Positions 39,291 to 50,246 of a stretch of 52,866 nucleotides of DNA are shown piece after piece (within the stretch, counting starts at the first letter, position 1; each line of letters opens with the position of its first letter). The stretch is from NCBI GenBank assembly GCA_041687715.1, contig JBDNJO010000034.1:1-52866 (forward strand). Direction: 5' to 3'. A program made the position numbers and the translations under genes. Source of the DNA: Candidatus Nanopelagicales bacterium (GTDB taxonomy: Bacteria; Actinomycetota; Actinomycetes; S36-B12; UBA5976). Below the pieces are notes generated by a model. The model was not told where the DNA came from and searched no databases. It saw only the letters and a program-made list of their open reading frames with translations.

Positions 39291-39989
39291 ATGACTGTAC
39301 ATATTGGTGCCAATAAAGGCGACATAGCTGAAACAATTTTGCTTCCCGGAGATCCACTGCGCGCAAAGTGGGTTGCTGAGAACATGTTGGAAAATGTCAC
39401 GCAGTACAACTCAGTTCGCAACATGTTTGGTTACACCGGCACCTACAAAGGCAATCGCATTTCGATTCAGGGAACTGGGATGGGTATTCCGTCTATATCT
39501 ATCTATGTCACTGAGCTTTTCAAAGACTTCGATGTCCAAACAGCAATTCGTATTGGAACTTGTGGCGGCATTGGTAAAACTAAATTACGCGATGTAATTA
39601 TCGCCATGGGCGCATCAACAGATTCGGGTGTAAACCGTCGCACAATGGGTGGCTTGGATTTTGCCCCTATCGCTAATTACGACTTACTCAAGGCTGCTGT
39701 TGATGCAGCTAAAGCGCATGGAATTAATTACCATGTTGGCGGAATCGCTTCAATGGATGTTTTTTATGACGATAGCAACGCCTTCGATGTACTTGAAGCA
39801 CATGGCGTACTCGGTATTGAAATGGAAGCCAGTGGACTTTACACAATTGCTGCAAGGTATGGTCGCCGCGCTTTGGCCATTTGCACAGTTAGCGACTTGA
39901 TCCGCACTCATGAAAAAACTTCTTCCGAAGAACGTGAGACAGGTTTCCAGGCAATGGTAGAAGTAGCTCTCGAAGCGGCATTTGCTTAA
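39291..39989 (+). CDS. deoD: Purine nucleoside phosphorylase
   Basis: HIGANKGDIAETILLPGDPLRAKW, GTGMGIPS, RIGTCG, IEMEAS, TVSD; start moved to 39291. Confidence 0.95.
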   Translation: MTVHIGANKGDIAETILLPGDPLRAKWVAENMLENVTQYNSVRNMFGYTGTYKGNRISIQGTGMGIPSISIYVTELFKDFDVQTAIRIGTCGGIGKTKLRDVIIAMGASTDSGVNRRTMGGLDFAPIANYDLLKAAVDAAKAHGINYHVGGIASMDVFYDDSNAFDVLEAHGVLGIEMEASGLYTIAARYGRRALAICTVSDLIRTHEKTSSEERETGFQAMVEVALEAAFA

Positions 39990-40012
39990 CCAGTTTCAAC
40001 GGTTGTTAAAAC

Positions 40013-40888
40013 TTACTTATTTATAAAGGTTTGGAATTCTTCTGGAGTTCCATTAAAAACATTCAAGTCAGTGGAACTTGAGGGAACTGCGTCGATTTTT
40101 CCATCCGCAGTAAATTGCCAGAGTGCCCAATCGTTTTTCCAGATTCGATTTTCTTTAGGATCAGTGCCAAGCTTTGGCCCCCACTTTGCTAACCACAATG
40201 GATAGCCAGCCAAATCCGATGCACCGGCATCTTCTAATCGTTGAACGAAGCTGCCATTTGCATAAATTATTGGCGTCCGTCCCGTAATTCTTTCAGCCTC
40301 AATTAAAAATTCTCTCGTCCAGGTTGCTAACCGAGTTACGGTCCAGCCACATGGCAGTTCCTCGATATCAAGGGTCAACGGTAGTTCACCGATCGGAGCG
40401 CCATTTACTTGTTCTGCAGCTCGCTGAGCTTGGAGCTTGGCGTCCGTAACCGTATTGCCATCCATAATTCCTGGCAGCGCGTAATGGTAACCCCCAACAA
40501 CTAGTCCCTCAGCTTTTGCAGCAGCGCTATCAATTGGAAACCACTTCTTTGCATTTTCATTTCCTCGGACCCCACCGTCTGAGGATTTAATGATTACAAA
40601 TGACACACCGTATTCAGACTTGAGGCGGGCAAAATCAATGGGTTTATTATTTGGATGCTGCCAAACCGAGATGTCGATTCCTCTGACTTCTTGGGTGAAT
40701 CCCTGCTGCTTCCAGGAAAGTGCATTTGGGACATATTTTCCAGGCGTGCCCTTTGGGTAAGTGCAAGAGAGGTACTTATTTGCGACGGTGGCATTAGACG
40801 CCAGCGCTGGCTTGGCCGATACAACCAAAAATGCTGGCAAAACACTAATGAGGATTAGTCCCGCAAGTAACCGAATTCTCCATGACAT
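40013..40888 (-). CDS. Secreted GH25 muramidase (lysozyme)
   Basis: GIDISVWQ, FVIIKSS, GGYHY, LDIEE, LWLAKW, WQFT, TDLNVF; signal peptide. Confidence 0.9.
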   Translation of the reverse strand: MSWRIRLLAGLILISVLPAFLVVSAKPALASNATVANKYLSCTYPKGTPGKYVPNALSWKQQGFTQEVRGIDISVWQHPNNKPIDFARLKSEYGVSFVIIKSSDGGVRGNENAKKWFPIDSAAAKAEGLVVGGYHYALPGIMDGNTVTDAKLQAQRAAEQVNGAPIGELPLTLDIEELPCGWTVTRLATWTREFLIEAERITGRTPIIYANGSFVQRLEDAGASDLAGYPLWLAKWGPKLGTDPKENRIWKNDWALWQFTADGKIDAVPSSSTDLNVFNGTPEEFQTFINK

Positions 40889-41071
40889 TACTCAAGTTTA
40901 CGTTGCGTTATCTGGAATTTGGATTTTTGCGGATGGGACAAATGTCGCCACCTAGCACTGGCCAAAATGTAGCCAATCCCTAGGGTTTGCTTAAACCTCG
41001 CGCAAATAGTCCGATTTTCCTAAGTTACGATAGGATCACTTAATTTTTTAAAGTGCGAAATTTGGAGTGCA

Positions 41072-43225
41072 ATGTCTTACCGGCCACGTGTCATCATTGC
41101 CTTGATTTCCGCGCTCGCGTTGGTCTCAACCTTAATGATCGATACTTTCCCAACAACGGCCCAAGCTAAGTCCATTGCATCCAGAGCTATCTCGGCTGGC
41201 CCAAATGGACCTGACTGCACTACGCCCAGTGCAACCACAATTACATTAGTAAATTCTGGCGAAGTTAAAACTTATTCTGTAGCCGCACTCACCCTTTGCG
41301 CTTCTTACGCTGCCCCAAATCCAGTTCCTACGGTGACCCCAACTCAGCGACCTGGAAGCACTCCTACGGCGAGTCCGTCGTTTGCACCATCGCCGATCGC
41401 GTTACCTTCGCCCACATCGACGACTTACTCAATCGGAAATAATCCCGCGGCTTTGACGGCGAGTATTGCTGGCGATGTTTTGACGGTTTCAACTAGTGGC
41501 GCTGCAGGAAGTAGCACACTCGAGATTATTGCAACCTATACATATGTTGATCCACGTGAAAGTTCCTACGAGTACCAAGATTCAAATTCCGTCAGTGTGC
41601 CGCTTACCGTGAGTGCCCCTGCCACTGATTCACCTGCCCCTGCTCCAGTTGATACCGCACCTGTCGTTGTTTCTGGGCCACGCGTATGTACTGGTGCTAC
41701 TGCCAAATCTGAAACCGTGTTTAACAATCCGCTAGCGGGCGCAGCTCGCGATGGCAAGCTTTCAAATTCCAGATTTGCTATTACAAATCGCCTAATCGAC
41801 ATGATCGATTGTGCAGCGCCTGGACAAACTGTTGCTATGTCGTGGTTCTCATTTACTGACATGAATTTAGTTGGACACATCCAGCAGGCATATGCTGCTG
41901 GCGTAAATATTCGTATTTTGGTGAACAGCCACGCGACTCGACCAACATCATCTTCCTATGTTGCGGTCAATACCTTGCGCTCAACACTTGGCTCGAACAT
42001 TACTGCAGCAAATGCGAATGCCTCAACGAATCCAGGAAGCTGGATTTCTTCATGCAATTCTGGCTGCCTCACACCACCTGCAAAGGCTGGAACTGTCTTC
42101 CCGGATGAGTCTGAAGGCGAATTTCCTGCACTTCACTCCAAATTTTTCCTTGTGACTCAGTCTGGTTCTGCCAAGAACATAGTCGGTATCTCGTCGATGA
42201 ACCCAACATTTGAACAAGCGCGGGTTGGATTTAATAATGCGTCAATCGTGGTGGATGACTCGACGTTATTTAATTCCATGAATGACTACTACGCAGATTT
42301 AGCAAATTCTGCTCGTGGCGCGGGCGAGGCTACAGCCTTTAGGCAACTGAAAAGTGAAAGTAAATCCACTTCGTACTACGTCTACCCTAAATCTGGCGCG
42401 GATGATGTACTAAAAATGTTGCAAAACGTTAAGTGCATCTACAAAGAAGGTGGCAAGACTAAGCGCACGCAAATTTCAGTAAACATGTTTGTGTTTACCC
42501 GAAATGCACCAGCTATGGAATTGTGGCGTAAAGCGTTTAATTCCAAGTCCAGCAATGGTGGCTGTGACGTAAAAATTATTTACACAGACTTAGATCAGCG
42601 CATCAAGGCGCTTAACACTAGAACTGGCGAAACGGATTTCATTCCAAACGGAAGTAAGCCAAGTCCATGGGGCGCAGCCGATTGTCTATCCACTTTGCCG
42701 CAGGGGAAAAATGGTAAGCCTTCAAAGCTAACTGGCCCTGGCTTGGTTTACAACGCAGCATCTGGCCGCATGGTTACAGCATCAGTTTGTAAGTTTGGCT
42801 CACTGCAAGGCGCCGTTCCAACAATTAACAAGGGCGGCGGCTATTGCTGGTTTAACGCAAAGTCTAAGAGCTCAGGTGGCTCACTTGAGATGTGTGCGTC
42901 AACTCCTTACAAGATCACAGCGTTCGATAGAGCAGATGGTCGCGCCAAGTTAGAACCGACTGCAGACTCCTCAGGCGCGCGTTGGTACACGCACCAAAAG
43001 TACATTGCAATCGATGGTATGTACGCAAACAAGCGACAAAAGATTGTGATTTCTGGAACTCCAAATATCACATCGCCTGGTCTGCGATGGAACGATGAGA
43101 TTTTGACATTCACCACTAGTGGCGAAATTTACGGTCAACACCTTGCCGACTTCAATGCGTTGAAAGCAGCAATTATGCGCCGCCCTGCGCCTAATTCTGG
43201 AAATACCGCAACCGCTAGTTGGTAA
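41072..43225 (+). CDS. Secreted phospholipase D-superfamily protein with Pro/Thr-rich linker
   Basis: Signal peptide; LHSKFFLV...ISSMN and THQKYIAIDG...SGTPN (HKD-type motifs). Confidence 0.7.
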   Translation: MSYRPRVIIALISALALVSTLMIDTFPTTAQAKSIASRAISAGPNGPDCTTPSATTITLVNSGEVKTYSVAALTLCASYAAPNPVPTVTPTQRPGSTPTASPSFAPSPIALPSPTSTTYSIGNNPAALTASIAGDVLTVSTSGAAGSSTLEIIATYTYVDPRESSYEYQDSNSVSVPLTVSAPATDSPAPAPVDTAPVVVSGPRVCTGATAKSETVFNNPLAGAARDGKLSNSRFAITNRLIDMIDCAAPGQTVAMSWFSFTDMNLVGHIQQAYAAGVNIRILVNSHATRPTSSSYVAVNTLRSTLGSNITAANANASTNPGSWISSCNSGCLTPPAKAGTVFPDESEGEFPALHSKFFLVTQSGSAKNIVGISSMNPTFEQARVGFNNASIVVDDSTLFNSMNDYYADLANSARGAGEATAFRQLKSESKSTSYYVYPKSGADDVLKMLQNVKCIYKEGGKTKRTQISVNMFVFTRNAPAMELWRKAFNSKSSNGGCDVKIIYTDLDQRIKALNTRTGETDFIPNGSKPSPWGAADCLSTLPQGKNGKPSKLTGPGLVYNAASGRMVTASVCKFGSLQGAVPTINKGGGYCWFNAKSKSSGGSLEMCASTPYKITAFDRADGRAKLEPTADSSGARWYTHQKYIAIDGMYANKRQKIVISGTPNITSPGLRWNDEILTFTTSGEIYGQHLADFNALKAAIMRRPAPNSGNTATASW

Positions 43226-43226
43226 G

Positions 43227-43253
43227 TTTCAGAAGGAAAATTACCTCTGGAAA
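43227..43253. terminator. Possible bidirectional hairpin between the PLD gene and tRNA-Asn
   Basis: TTTCAGAAGG-AAAATTA-CCTCTGGAAA imperfect stem between convergent genes. Confidence 0.4.
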
Positions 43254-43260
43254 TTAAGTG

Positions 43261-43333
43261 CTCCCCCGATTGGACTCGAACCAATAACCACTCGATTAAC
43301 AGTCGAGTGCTCTGCCAATTGAGCTACAGGGGA
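43261..43333 (-). tRNA. tRNA-Asn (GTT), CCA not encoded
   Basis: TCCCCTGTAGCTCAATTGGCAGAGCACTCGACTGTTAATCGAGTGGTTATTGGTTCGAGTCCAATCGGGGGAG folds as a cloverleaf with anticodon GTT; usual actinobacterial position after dnaG. Confidence 0.97.
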
Positions 43334-43379
43334 TTAACTGGTCAATCCTAACAAAACGAAGTCGTTGTGGCGAAACGAC

Positions 43380-43874
43380 CTAGATACCAAAAATAGACTT
43401 GAGTTCGCCAAGGGCCTGGGCAACATCTCGCGCGCCGGCTGCGCTTTTCGTGGCAGTTAAATCATCAACAACCGTGATCCAAGTGACATTTTTACCATCA
43501 CGCCTGGCTACAAAACGAACGCTGCCAGCATTTGGTAATTCATACACCCGATCAACTATTACCGTGCTCGTAACACGATCACGCACTGCGCTTGGTATTT
43601 TTCTGGGCTCATCTATTGTCCAAGATTGAGTCGTTGCAGTTGAATCACTATCTACCTGAGTTACCAAGGAAAGAGTCGGTGGATCCCAACGAGCTTGCAG
43701 CGCAATGGACCAAGGAGTCAAAGAGGGCTTCGATTCCCCAGTGCAAATTAGATTTTTATCAGTTACGGCAATTACCCCACCGCGATAATTCGCCCAAGCA
43801 AGTAGTCGATCCGCTTTTGGAATAGCCGCCGCTAGTTCAAATGGAACTTTTTCATCTTTTGCGAACAACGGCAT
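43380..43874 (-). CDS. Hypothetical protein downstream of dnaG
   Basis: TAATG coupling with dnaG; RLLAWA, ARWD, VRDRVTSTV. Confidence 0.7.
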   Translation of the reverse strand: MPLFAKDEKVPFELAAAIPKADRLLAWANYRGGVIAVTDKNLICTGESKPSLTPWSIALQARWDPPTLSLVTQVDSDSTATTQSWTIDEPRKIPSAVRDRVTSTVIVDRVYELPNAGSVRFVARRDGKNVTWITVVDDLTATKSAAGARDVAQALGELKSIFGI

Positions 43875-45706
43875 TAGCTATCTCCAACTGCAAAGTTACG
43901 CATATCACGGCGGTAACTTTCAAGTGAAAGTAAGTCGCCCAGTAACCGTGCTTGATCGGCGTCATCCGTGCCATCTTCGGCTCGACTAAGTGCTGCTTTT
44001 ATTTCGGCCACGCGGCGACCTGCATCCATTTCTAAGATTCGTGCAAGAACTGCTTGAACGTATCGCTCATCCGGTTCATCATTAGGCAGTGGCTCAATCG
44101 CCATGGCTCTGATGTGGGAACGAGTCTCATCATCTGGTGCTTGTTCTAAAACCTTTGCAATCCAAGTTTGTGCTGAATCAAATTCCAGTGGATTGCCAGC
44201 TTGCGCGCATGCCGAATAAACGGCTGAAGCTGCAGGAACTAGAAAAACACTCGGTTCAAGTGATTCAAACCAATTGCCTACTAAATGCGGAGTTTGCAAA
44301 ACACACTTAAGTGCCTCTCGCTCGACATGAGCTGCTTGTGAGGAAGCCGTTGTTTGCGCTCTTGTTTGCGTAGGGGCTGATTTCTTTCCTGCCGCGTTCA
44401 TCTCATTACGAATAGTGGCATCATCCATGCCCAGCCAACCTGCGACCATGCGAATGTATTCGGGACGCAATGCCGTGTCTTTAATACCAGCAAGTATTGG
44501 CGCGACTGCTCGCATACTTGCTACTCGGCCTTCAGCGGTATCTAAATCAAATTCTTCTACAGTTGAGCGCATTACAAATTCAAACAAGGGAATCTTTGAT
44601 GCAACTAAAGCCTTGACGGCTTCATCACCTTGCTTTAAACGTAAGTCACAGGGATCTAATCCAGTTGGTTCAATTGCCACGAAAGTTGAGGCGACAAACT
44701 TTTGATCTTCACTGAATGCCTTGAGCGCAGCTTTTCGCCCAGCGGCGTCGCCATCAAAAGTAAAAACGACTTCCGCGTGCTTTGAATCATCATCCATCAA
44801 AATTCGGCGCAACATTTTTACGTGATCTGGGCCAAATGCCGTTCCACAAGTAGCCACTGCAGTTGTGATTCCAGCTAAGTGGCATGCCATCACGTCGGTA
44901 TAGCCCTCTACGACTACGGCTTGCTGCTGCTTTGCCATGTCACGACGGGCTAAATCAATTCCATACAGAACTTGGGATTTGCGATAAATCGGGGTCTCAG
45001 GTGTATTTAAATACTTTGGACCTTGATCTGCCTCTGTTAATTTTCTGGCGCCAAAACCAATGGTGTCGCCGCTGGAATCTCGGATCGGCCACATTGCGCG
45101 ATCACGAAATCTGTCATAAGCGCCGCGTTGCCCAGAAACCGCAAGTCCTGCTGCGATCATTTCTTCTTCAGTAAAACCTTTACCTCGAAGTTCGTTACGA
45201 AGGCCATCCCAACCTGCAGGCGAGTAACCAACTCCAAAGTGATCCCATGATGCTTGATCAAAACCGCGCTCAGTTAAGAAAGTACGAGCATGCGCGGCAT
45301 CGGTAGTTAGAAGCGCTGTGCGATAGAAAGCTCCTGCTACTTTGTGGGCTTCGATTAAACGAGATCGCTGACCTTGTTGACCTGCTGATGAACCGCCACC
45401 TTCTTCGTAGCGCAAAACTATGCCGCACTTGCCGGCAAGTTTTTCAACTGCTTCAGTAAAAGTTAAGGCATCGATTTTACGAACAAACGTAATTACATCG
45501 CCACCTTCCCCACAGGAAAAGCAGTGGTAAAGCCCTTTGCTTGGAGTCACATGAAATGATGGCGATCTTTCATCATGAAACGGGCACAAGCCCTTGTAGC
45601 TACCGCCGCCAGCGGCTTTGAGGGTTACAGTTTCCCGAACAATTTCATCGATGCGGGAGCGCTCGCGAACGCTAACTACGTCCTCTTCGCGAATTTTCCC
45701 AGCCAC
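43874..45706 (-). CDS. dnaG: DNA primase
   Basis: CPFHDERSPSF...CFSC zinc finger, KYLNTPET, VVEGYTDV, FDGDAAG; start moved to GTG 45706. Confidence 0.97.
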   Translation of the reverse strand: MAGKIREEDVVSVRERSRIDEIVRETVTLKAAGGGSYKGLCPFHDERSPSFHVTPSKGLYHCFSCGEGGDVITFVRKIDALTFTEAVEKLAGKCGIVLRYEEGGGSSAGQQGQRSRLIEAHKVAGAFYRTALLTTDAAHARTFLTERGFDQASWDHFGVGYSPAGWDGLRNELRGKGFTEEEMIAAGLAVSGQRGAYDRFRDRAMWPIRDSSGDTIGFGARKLTEADQGPKYLNTPETPIYRKSQVLYGIDLARRDMAKQQQAVVVEGYTDVMACHLAGITTAVATCGTAFGPDHVKMLRRILMDDDSKHAEVVFTFDGDAAGRKAALKAFSEDQKFVASTFVAIEPTGLDPCDLRLKQGDEAVKALVASKIPLFEFVMRSTVEEFDLDTAEGRVASMRAVAPILAGIKDTALRPEYIRMVAGWLGMDDATIRNEMNAAGKKSAPTQTRAQTTASSQAAHVEREALKCVLQTPHLVGNWFESLEPSVFLVPAASAVYSACAQAGNPLEFDSAQTWIAKVLEQAPDDETRSHIRAMAIEPLPNDEPDERYVQAVLARILEMDAGRRVAEIKAALSRAEDGTDDADQARLLGDLLSLESYRRDMRNFAVGDS

Positions 45707-45716
45707 AGGTGCTACT

Positions 45717-46955
45717 TTACGTGCCCAACCTGGTGTGCCATTGCACAAGGCTGACGTCAGTGAGCGCAGCAATCTGATCAATCACAACTCGGGCTTTAGT
45801 TTGTGAAGAATTTGCATTGACCCAGAGTTCCTTGTGGAAGCGATCAAGCCCAGCCATTGGATCAAGGGAAATGGTGCCAACGAGGTCATGGATTTGTTGG
45901 CGCTGCCTGGCATACATTTGCTCAGCGCCATCACGGTTCATTACATACCTCGCTGCCAAGGCTTTAAGCGCAGTTACTTCATACCGGGCATCATCTGGAA
46001 CTTCAAGGTTTGCTGAATATCGAGTTAATGGTTCGGTACCAAACTTTGCCTGAGTGGCTTTTTGGGCAGCCAAACAAAACCGGCCAATTAAAGTGCTCGT
46101 TAAGTTTTTCAAGGAAGCGAGAGACGTCATGGTTCCATCAAAGGATTTAGGCCAACTAGGAAGCGAACTAATTCTTATTAGGGCCTCATCTAGTAATTCA
46201 GTTGCGAACTCGTGTCCGTACCAAATTTGCGCAACTTCAACGATTTCGCTTCGCCCGGTTTTGGACTTAAGGATATCAATGTTTACGTGACCGGCAAAAA
46301 CTGCATCTTCGATATCGTGCACGCTGTAGGAAACATCATCTGACCAATCCATAACTTGCGCCTCAAAGCAGGTCGTGTCATCAGTTCGACCATTTCTTGC
46401 CCAATTAAAAACATCGGCGTCATCATCATAGACACCAAATTTAATTTGACCATCACGTTTAGTCCACGGATATTTTGACGCTGCATCAAGTGCTGCGCGC
46501 GTGAGATTCAAACCAATTGATTGACCTGCGCGCGGGCCAGCTGCGACGTCAAACGCTTTTGGTTCAAGCCTGGTTAGCAATCGAAATGATTGGGCGTTAC
46601 CTTCAAATCCACCGATGTCTTTTGCTAATTCATTTAGCGCCGTCTCTCCATTGTGGCCAAAAGGTGGATGACCTAAATCATGCGAAAGACAAGCGGTATC
46701 AACTAGGTCAGGGTCACAGCCAAGAGCTGAGCCCAACTCTCTACCAACTTGTGCCACCTCGAGTGAATGCGTTAATCGAGTACGCGGAAAATCTTCTTGC
46801 CCAGCTTCCATGACTTGGGTTTTGACGCCTAACCGGCGAAGCGCAGAACTATGCATAACTCGAGCACGATCACGAGCAAATTCAGTTCGCTCTACACTCT
46901 TGTTTGGTTCATTAACCCAACGCTGGGTGTCCGTTGCTAAGTACTCGCCTAACAT
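45717..46955 (-). CDS. dgt: dGTP triphosphohydrolase
   Basis: RDRARVMHSSALRRL, RTRLTHSLEVAQ, HDLGHPPFGHNGE, FEGNAQ. Confidence 0.95.
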   Translation of the reverse strand: MLGEYLATDTQRWVNEPNKSVERTEFARDRARVMHSSALRRLGVKTQVMEAGQEDFPRTRLTHSLEVAQVGRELGSALGCDPDLVDTACLSHDLGHPPFGHNGETALNELAKDIGGFEGNAQSFRLLTRLEPKAFDVAAGPRAGQSIGLNLTRAALDAASKYPWTKRDGQIKFGVYDDDADVFNWARNGRTDDTTCFEAQVMDWSDDVSYSVHDIEDAVFAGHVNIDILKSKTGRSEIVEVAQIWYGHEFATELLDEALIRISSLPSWPKSFDGTMTSLASLKNLTSTLIGRFCLAAQKATQAKFGTEPLTRYSANLEVPDDARYEVTALKALAARYVMNRDGAEQMYARQRQQIHDLVGTISLDPMAGLDRFHKELWVNANSSQTKARVVIDQIAALTDVSLVQWHTRLGT

Positions 46956-48122
46956 TTAGCCACCGCTAACTAGTAGCTCAGCTTCACGAACTGTTTCTTG
47001 TTCAGTCTTAGAAATGAATTGTGAATTCAGCCAACCATCAGGCAGATTTACTTTGCGATCTGGCGTAGTACGACCACGTGGCAACTGAGCAAGTTCTTCA
47101 TCAAGTATTTGATCAGGGTCAATTTTGGACAACAGAGATTCCAGTTGTTCCAGACTAGATATCAAAGACAGCGCTCCCCTGGTTTCGCTGCCAGCAATCA
47201 CACCCTTTAAATACCAAGCCATGTGTTTACGCATTTCCTGACAACCGCGGAACTCATCACCATGCATTTCAACTAATAACTGCGCATGGCGACGCATTAA
47301 ATTTAAAATCACACCAGCTTTGGGTTCTGCTGGAACTGGTTCGCCTGCAAACGATGCTCGAATTTGCCCGAATAACCAAGGTCGACCTAAGCAGCCACGC
47401 CCAATCACAACGCCACGCGCACCAGTTTGATCCAGCATTCGCTGCGCATCTTGCGCGCTCCAAATGTCGCCATTACCAAGAACCGGAGTGTTTGGAATGT
47501 GTCCTACTAATCGAGCGATTGCATCCCAATCTGCTTTACCGCCGTAATACTGCGCAGCAGTTCGTCCATGCAAAGCAACCCAAGTGATACCCGCTTGCGA
47601 AGCAATCCGTCCAGCATCCAAATAAGTAATGTGATCTTGGTCAATTCCAATTCGCATCTTTACCGTCACAGGAACTTTGCCTTGCGCATTAGACACAGCA
47701 GAATTTACAATGCTGGAGAATAAATCTCGCTTCCACGGCAGCGCACTTCCGCCGCCTTTGCGAGTTACCTTAGGAACTGGACAACCAAAATTTAAATCAA
47801 CGTGGTCTGCCATGTCTTCGTCAACAAGCATGCGGACTGCGGCGCCAACTACATCTGGGTCCACTCCATACAGCTGTGCACTTCTAACTTTTTCATCCCC
47901 GTCGAAAGTTACTAGATCTAAAGTCTCCGGATGTCGTAACAAAAGTGCTTGTGATGTTGTCATTTCCGCAACGTAGATCGTGTTGTCATTGTCGACTTGA
48001 CCAGCAGCATTTCGAATTTCTGTGGATGCTTCGCGACAGACTCGCCGAAATGCGCGATTAGTGACGCCAGCCATCGGAGCAAGTTCGATGACTGGATCAG
48101 TTGCTAATAGATCGGCATACAT
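46956..48122 (-). CDS. dusB: tRNA-dihydrouridine synthase
   Basis: LAPMAGVT, DLNFGCPVPKV, TVKMRIG, LHGRT, GNGDI, IGRGCLGRPW; start moved to ATG 48122. Confidence 0.93.
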   Translation of the reverse strand: MYADLLATDPVIELAPMAGVTNRAFRRVCREASTEIRNAAGQVDNDNTIYVAEMTTSQALLLRHPETLDLVTFDGDEKVRSAQLYGVDPDVVGAAVRMLVDEDMADHVDLNFGCPVPKVTRKGGGSALPWKRDLFSSIVNSAVSNAQGKVPVTVKMRIGIDQDHITYLDAGRIASQAGITWVALHGRTAAQYYGGKADWDAIARLVGHIPNTPVLGNGDIWSAQDAQRMLDQTGARGVVIGRGCLGRPWLFGQIRASFAGEPVPAEPKAGVILNLMRRHAQLLVEMHGDEFRGCQEMRKHMAWYLKGVIAGSETRGALSLISSLEQLESLLSKIDPDQILDEELAQLPRGRTTPDRKVNLPDGWLNSQFISKTEQETVREAELLVSGG

Positions 48123-49510
48123 CAGCAGCCTACGAGGCGTTGGCCTAACCAAGAGACAACGGAATCTAGGCCAACTCGCTCTTGCTCCATGGTGTCGCGA
48201 TCACGAATTGTGATGGCGTTGTCCTCGAGAGTCTCAAAGTCAACTGTGATGCAATATGGAGTTCCGATTTCATCTTGGCGGCGGTAGCGTCGGCCAATTG
48301 CGCCAGCATCATCGAATTCAATGTTCCAATTTTTGCGAAGCTCAGTTGCTAAGTCGCGAGCTTTCGGGCTCAAATCGGCGTTGCGCGAAAGCGGCAAGAT
48401 CGCAGCCTTGACCGGGGCTAAGCGCTTATCAAAACGCATCACCACTCGCTTATCAACGCCGCCTTTAGTGTTTGGCGCTTCATCTTCGTCGTAAGCCTCA
48501 AGCATGAACGCCAATACAGCGCGAGTTAATCCAGCGGCGGGCTCAATTACGTACGGCACATACTTCTCGCCAGTCTCCTGATCAAAGAATGACAAATCTT
48601 TTCCAGAGGCTTCCATGTGAGCCTTTAGATCGAAATCTGTGCGGTTCGCAATTCCTTCGAGTTCAGCAAATTCACTACCACCAAATTGAAAACGATATTC
48701 AATGTCGGTAGTGCGCTTGGAGTAATGCGAAAGCTTTTCTTTGGGATGTTCAAAGCGGCGCAGGTTATCAACTGATAATCCAAGATCTAGATACCAATTC
48801 CAGCGCTCTTCTAGCCAATATTCGTGCCACTGCTCATCCGTTCCAGGTGGGACAAAGAATTCCATTTCCATCTGCTCAAATTCCCGAGTGCGGAAAATGA
48901 AGTTACCTGGGGTTATTTCATTACGAAATGACTTTCCAGTCTGGCCAATTCCAAATGGTGGCTTCTTGCGTGAGGATGCTGCAACATTTGCATAGTTTGT
49001 AAAAATACCTTGTGCGGTTTCCGGGCGTAAGTAATGCAACGAGTTTTCATCAATGACGGGTCCAAGATTCGTTGACAACATGCCATTAAACATTTTTGGT
49101 TCCGTGAATTCACCTTTTGTTCCACAATTTGGGCAAGGTACGCCAGCAAGTCCACCTTCAGGAGCTCGGCCTTTGCGCTCTTCGAATTCTTCCAGCAAGT
49201 GATCTTCCCGGAATCTTTTATGACATGAGGTGCACTCAGTTAGTGGATCAGTAAATGTTGCCAAGTGACCTGATGCTGCCCAGACTTGCGGAGCCAAGAT
49301 TACCGCTGAATCAATTCCAACGACATCTTCGCGCGCTTGGACTACAGATTTCCACCACTGCCGGCGAACATTCTCTTTTAGTTCAACACCAAGTGGTCCG
49401 TAATCCCAGGCGGAGCGGGAGCCACCATATATTTCACTGCTTGGGAAAACAAAGCCCCGACGTTTTGAAAGATTAACTACAGCGTCTACGCGATCCATAA
49501 AACTCAACAT
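48122..49510 (-). CDS. glyQS: Glycine-tRNA ligase (alpha2 type)
   Basis: [60 protein letters not shown]. Confidence 0.97.
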   Translation of the reverse strand: MLSFMDRVDAVVNLSKRRGFVFPSSEIYGGSRSAWDYGPLGVELKENVRRQWWKSVVQAREDVVGIDSAVILAPQVWAASGHLATFTDPLTECTSCHKRFREDHLLEEFEERKGRAPEGGLAGVPCPNCGTKGEFTEPKMFNGMLSTNLGPVIDENSLHYLRPETAQGIFTNYANVAASSRKKPPFGIGQTGKSFRNEITPGNFIFRTREFEQMEMEFFVPPGTDEQWHEYWLEERWNWYLDLGLSVDNLRRFEHPKEKLSHYSKRTTDIEYRFQFGGSEFAELEGIANRTDFDLKAHMEASGKDLSFFDQETGEKYVPYVIEPAAGLTRAVLAFMLEAYDEDEAPNTKGGVDKRVVMRFDKRLAPVKAAILPLSRNADLSPKARDLATELRKNWNIEFDDAGAIGRRYRRQDEIGTPYCITVDFETLEDNAITIRDRDTMEQERVGLDSVVSWLGQRLVGC

Positions 49511-49630
49511 TCGATTAGGCCATCCGACTGGTTGCCGGTGAACGTGAAACCCTATTCTATCGAGGAATTACGACATCCTTGGTGCAGGCAGTTACGATGT
49601 CAGCACCCAAATATTAGGAAGCAACAACTC

Positions 49631-50239
49631 ATGCAAGCGTGGCCAATTAACAAAGTATCCATTGCACTGCTCTGCGTTTTAGCGGTGGCTGGCTGCTCCA
49701 AAACTGATGCTGCGCCAGAAAGTTCAGCGCCAGCACCAGCAACTTCGCAATCAGTTGATTCAGGAGCTGTCACAAATTTAATTGAAGCGCAGGCCGAATC
49801 TGCATATCGAACTGCCTTGGAAGCTTCAAATAGCGCCGCAGAAACTCTTGGCTTGACCGAACTTTGGTACGACGCAAGCGTCGAGTTAGTGCAAGTGCTT
49901 GTCCAGGATCCACAATCAAAAAGATTTGTTTTTCTTGATGTCTTGGAAGATGCCAATTACCCAGTTGATAAAAACTCCATGATGCCAGCTCGTCTACTTG
50001 CTGAACTCGATGGGTTGATTGCTGGGGGCTTAGATCAAGGTTCAGTAATTACTGGCAGCCAGGGTGAATTTATCATCACAAACACCATCGATTTAATTAA
50101 ATATGTAACGACTTACACCCTCGATGCCGATGGACGAATTGCAACTGCCTCCATAATCGCCGATGAGGAATTGCTTGGAACCATAACTTATAATTTTTCA
50201 ATCACTCCTGAGGGAATTCAAGCACTTGCAGCTGGCTAA
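49631..50239 (+). CDS. Hypothetical lipoprotein
   Basis: Lipobox VAGC followed by an Ala/Pro/Ser linker; start approximate. Confidence 0.65.
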   Translation: MQAWPINKVSIALLCVLAVAGCSKTDAAPESSAPAPATSQSVDSGAVTNLIEAQAESAYRTALEASNSAAETLGLTELWYDASVELVQVLVQDPQSKRFVFLDVLEDANYPVDKNSMMPARLLAELDGLIAGGLDQGSVITGSQGEFIITNTIDLIKYVTTYTLDADGRIATASIIADEELLGTITYNFSITPEGIQALAAG

Positions 50240-50246
50240 CTAAGCC

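Noticed and set aside
41300-41680. Possible tandem repeat in the Pro/Thr-rich region
   Set aside because: Low-complexity protein linker without DNA-level repeat units
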